A DNA stretch of 64,000 bases, taken from IMG/VR virus record IMGVR_UViG_3300035696_001272, one strand, 5' to 3'. Shown one piece after another: positions 59,693-64,000 of the stretch. A program made the position numbers and the translations under genes. Origin of the DNA: a virus (lineage: Duplodnaviria; Heunggongvirae; Uroviricota; Caudoviricetes). Under the pieces are notes generated by a model. That model searched no databases and had not been told where the DNA came from. It saw nothing but the letters and a program-made list of their open reading frames with translations. How positions within the stretch are numbered: the stretch's first letter is position 1; each line of letters starts with the position of its first letter.

Positions 59693-60856
59693 ATGAGAAC
59701 GAACGCTCCTAAAGAGTTGTTCACTGAAAACAGCTTAGTCCGTCTGAAGGGCAAAGATTGGTTAGATAAACAAAGGGTCGCTGGCAGAATTGCTGCCGAG
59801 ACCCTTTCTCTTTTGCAAGAGATTATTTTTAGTGGTGAACATACTAAACTGTCTGAACTAAATAAAATAGCCGAAGACTATATCGTAAATGCTGGCGGAA
59901 TTTGCACCTTCAAAGGTTACAAAGGATTTCCTGCTGGTGTTTGTATCTCTGTTAATAAACAATTAGTTCATGGCATACCAACTGACTACGTATTACAAGA
60001 GGGCGATCTGGTTAGCTTTGATCTTGGCGTTACTATAGGTGGTGCTATTGCGGATACGGCCATCACTTGTATTTTTGGTCAGCCCAAATCTGATCAACAC
60101 GTCCGATTGGTAAAAGCTACTGAGGAAGCTTTGATGAAAGGCATTCAGGCCATTAAAGTTGGTGATAGACTTGGTGCCATTGGTTACGCCATTTCTAGAT
60201 GCGGTAAGGGTTATGGTTATGGAGTCATCAACAATTACGGTGGTCATGGACTGGATTGGGACATTCCACATGCCCCGCCTTTTGTAGAAAATAAATCTGA
60301 TCCTGAAAAAGGAATTAGAATTCAACCTGGCCTGGCTATTGCTATAGAGCCGATGTTTGTTCTTGGGTCAACTGTCACCACAACGCTTGATGATGGTTGG
60401 ACAGTGGTAACTCCTGATTTGAGCGCTCACTTTGAACATTCGGTGTTTGTACATGAAAGCCATGTTGAGATTATTACTGATAGAATTATAACAAAAACTC
60501 CTATTCAAGAAATTCTGGATTATTGCAAAAATTTGATTAATATTCCATACGTATATTCCACAGATTGGGAAGAGATAGTTAAAGATTCGATGAATTTCAA
60601 GGATCTGATTCCTTTTGTTGGAGATCATAGTCAAAATTCTTTCTATATTCATTTCCCGAATCCGACTGATCACGTTGCTAATTCTATTAGAGAAAAATTA
60701 GATGCAGTAGCAAAACAAGAGCCTAATCTAGTATGGTGTCTGTATCAGCAAAATAATCCGGGACTTACTTTGCACACTATTTCTTCCCGAAGTTCATCAC
60801 CGGAACAAATTGTAGACGAGTTAAAACGATTAAGAAATCTAAAAGCGTTTTTATGA
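59693..60856 (+). CDS. map: Type I methionine aminopeptidase fused to a 123-aa tag-family domain
   Basis: YKGFP..VCISVN..LVHGIP, FDLG, ADTA, GGHG, AIEPM and SAHFEHSV metal ligands intact; extension ends RLRNLKAFL. Confidence 0.9.
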   Translation: MRTNAPKELFTENSLVRLKGKDWLDKQRVAGRIAAETLSLLQEIIFSGEHTKLSELNKIAEDYIVNAGGICTFKGYKGFPAGVCISVNKQLVHGIPTDYVLQEGDLVSFDLGVTIGGAIADTAITCIFGQPKSDQHVRLVKATEEALMKGIQAIKVGDRLGAIGYAISRCGKGYGYGVINNYGGHGLDWDIPHAPPFVENKSDPEKGIRIQPGLAIAIEPMFVLGSTVTTTLDDGWTVVTPDLSAHFEHSVFVHESHVEIITDRIITKTPIQEILDYCKNLINIPYVYSTDWEEIVKDSMNFKDLIPFVGDHSQNSFYIHFPNPTDHVANSIREKLDAVAKQEPNLVWCLYQQNNPGLTLHTISSRSSSPEQIVDELKRLRNLKAFL

Positions 60857-61101
60857 AGACGGAGCCGTTGAAATTATCACAGCTAGAAAACTATAGAATC
60901 ATAGAATGTCTGAATGATTATTCTCCTAAATTCATTCAAGATTTTAATAGGTCAATGCCAGTCGTTGCCGGTAATGATATTTACATTTTAGTTTGGCGTG
61001 CAGGTGATCGTACATACGAACTCGAACTGGATTGGAATAATCTATATGATGACTTTTGGATCAGGTGGGATCGCTTTACAAACTTAGTGGCTTTTCTATG
61101 A
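60853..61101 (+). CDS. Hypothetical protein, C-terminal tag family (RFTNLVAFL)
   Basis: ATGA overlaps at both ends; carries the shared tag. Confidence 0.65.
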   Translation: MKTEPLKLSQLENYRIIECLNDYSPKFIQDFNRSMPVVAGNDIYILVWRAGDRTYELELDWNNLYDDFWIRWDRFTNLVAFL

Positions 61102-61403
61102 GAAAAATAAAAGAGGCAGCCAGAATAAAATTTGAAGAGCACCAAAAAATAGGGGAGGAACTTTCTCAGTATTCGAGGAATATAGTAGATGAGTTTGAAA
61201 AAGTATTTCCTCCTGAAACTCATTATGACCCACCCGGAAGTTCTGCTGGAGGAAAATGGGGCAAGCATAATTACTATCATCTAAATATTATTCCCAAAGA
61301 AGGGCGAGCCCATGTCACCAGCGTAACCCTTCTCTACGAAAATACTTTCAATCATTTTTGGTTGAGATGGAATAGATTTAAAAACCTAAAGGTATTTCTA
61401 TGA
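61098..61403 (+). CDS. Hypothetical protein, C-terminal tag family (RFKNLKVFL)
   Basis: Probable ATG at 61098 (ATGA overlap); carries the shared tag. Confidence 0.65.
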   Translation: MRKIKEAARIKFEEHQKIGEELSQYSRNIVDEFEKVFPPETHYDPPGSSAGGKWGKHNYYHLNIIPKEGRAHVTSVTLLYENTFNHFWLRWNRFKNLKVFL

Positions 61404-61576
61404 AAATTACATTTGAAGATAAAAGCTATATTGAGTGTGTTAAGTCAGATAATCCTGGCAAGATAGTTGTTACAATCTCGGCCAAAGATCATACTGATCC
61501 TCTCAAGAAAATCACCAACGCAGTAGAGATTACTGTCGAAGAATTCAAGAAGTTGATTTCTGATGTACAGCTCTAA
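61400..61576 (+). CDS. Small hypothetical protein (58 aa, not in ORF track)
   Basis: ATGA overlap; MKITFEDKSYIECVKSDNPGKIVVTISAKD...DVQL. Confidence 0.6.
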   Translation: MKITFEDKSYIECVKSDNPGKIVVTISAKDHTDPLKKITNAVEITVEEFKKLISDVQL

Positions 61577-61895
61577 AGTCTGTGATTTGTTAAAAACGTA
61601 CGATTGGAATTGGGTTGATAAGTTTTTGTTTTCTGCTTTTGGCAAATTTTCATATGTGCACACACTTTCTGAATGCGGTTTAGATTGTTATCTCAGCAAT
61701 CGTCATGATGTTAGTAAAAGTCACCCGGATGATGCTGGCTGTGTGGACTTTTTACTCTACACCGGAGAAATAATAACAACGTGGGATAACAAAAAGAAAG
61801 CGGGAGTGAGGCTCTACAATATGGTTGATTTCAAAGATCCAGATAAGTTTATTGAAGAATTCGCTAGGTACAGTAACCTAAAGGCATTCCTATGA
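61563..61895 (+). CDS. Hypothetical protein, C-terminal tag family (RYSNLKAFL)
   Basis: 110-aa ORF; carries the shared tag; ATGA overlap with the next gene. Confidence 0.65.
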   Translation: MYSSKVCDLLKTYDWNWVDKFLFSAFGKFSYVHTLSECGLDCYLSNRHDVSKSHPDDAGCVDFLLYTGEIITTWDNKKKAGVRLYNMVDFKDPDKFIEEFARYSNLKAFL

Positions 61896-62440
61896 AAGTT
61901 TACTTTATTGGCGCTCATAGCACAGGCAAAACCACTTGTGCCAGATATGTATCTGAAAAATATAGTTTACCCATGATAACTGAAGTGGCTCGTATGATCT
62001 TGTCCGAGAAGGAACTTCAGCTAGATTCACTGCGCTATAATATGAGTCTGGTAAACGATTATCAAAGACAAATCTTTTTTCGTCAATTGCACGAGGAAGA
62101 AAAGCATCAGAAATTCGTTTCTGATAGAAGCTTTGATTGTTTGGCTTATGCGGCCCAACATAGTCACGTTTTGCCCGAGCTTGTTCGTTCGCCCGAGCTA
62201 ACCAAGTATTTGGCTTCGCTAAGGCAGCCAGACGTATTTATATTTTTCGTTCGCCCCTGCAAGGCTACCCTGACCGCTGACGGGGTGCGAGAAAGTTTAA
62301 CTTGGGATGGTGTAGTGGCAATCGATGCTATGATCAAATTCATGTTAGAAATGTGGCAACTATCTCATTTTCAAATTAATATGGATAATATGCAAGAACG
62401 CGTCCAGCTAATTGATTCGGTTTTGGCGCTTCAGAAATAA
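61892..62440 (+). CDS. P-loop nucleotide kinase-like protein (NadR/AAA_28 type)
   Basis: GAHSTGKTT, ITEVAR, FVSDRS.D.LAY, DGVRE. Confidence 0.75.
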   Translation: MKVYFIGAHSTGKTTCARYVSEKYSLPMITEVARMILSEKELQLDSLRYNMSLVNDYQRQIFFRQLHEEEKHQKFVSDRSFDCLAYAAQHSHVLPELVRSPELTKYLASLRQPDVFIFFVRPCKATLTADGVRESLTWDGVVAIDAMIKFMLEMWQLSHFQINMDNMQERVQLIDSVLALQK

Positions 62441-62493
62441 GGATATACTAAAAATTCGGCATTCTCTTGAGCGAAAGGCCAAGAGGACACTAA

Positions 62494-64000
<1,507 letters not shown>

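Overview
A 64-kb, fully plus-strand, gene-dense segment of a large contractile-tailed (myovirus-like, probably jumbo) bacteriophage, readable in the standard code. About 1-38.3 kb is a tail/baseplate module: beta-helix fibre, tail completion protein, sheath, tube, G/GT chaperone with a -1 frameshift, tape measure, hub, spike, gp25, baseplate J and two giant wedge/fibre-attachment proteins. About 38.4-47.5 kb holds glycosyltransferases plus RmlB, a zincless-finger Nei glycosylase, a spanin-like membrane protein, a tubulin/FtsZ-family protein, Sm-like proteins and a GH25 endolysin. About 47.6-62.4 kb holds an SF2 helicase, DnaC-like loader, DnaB, sigma factor, class II RNR, PIN-PhoH, MetAP and a P-loop kinase. 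A collagen-like fibre gene runs off the right end. The most striking unexplained pattern is seven otherwise dissimilar proteins, scattered between core genes, that all end in the same 9-residue C-terminal tag (R-[FLIY]-x-[NK]-L-[KVM]-[AVI]-F-x) followed by a TGA that overlaps the next gene's initiation region; one copy is fused onto MetAP and one is flanked by a 10-bp direct repeat. Other signals: strong enrichment of a DGY tripeptide in virion proteins next to a glycosylation cluster, three Sm/Hfq-like genes, and a split dockerin-like motif. All product calls come from motif recognition by eye, without database searches.
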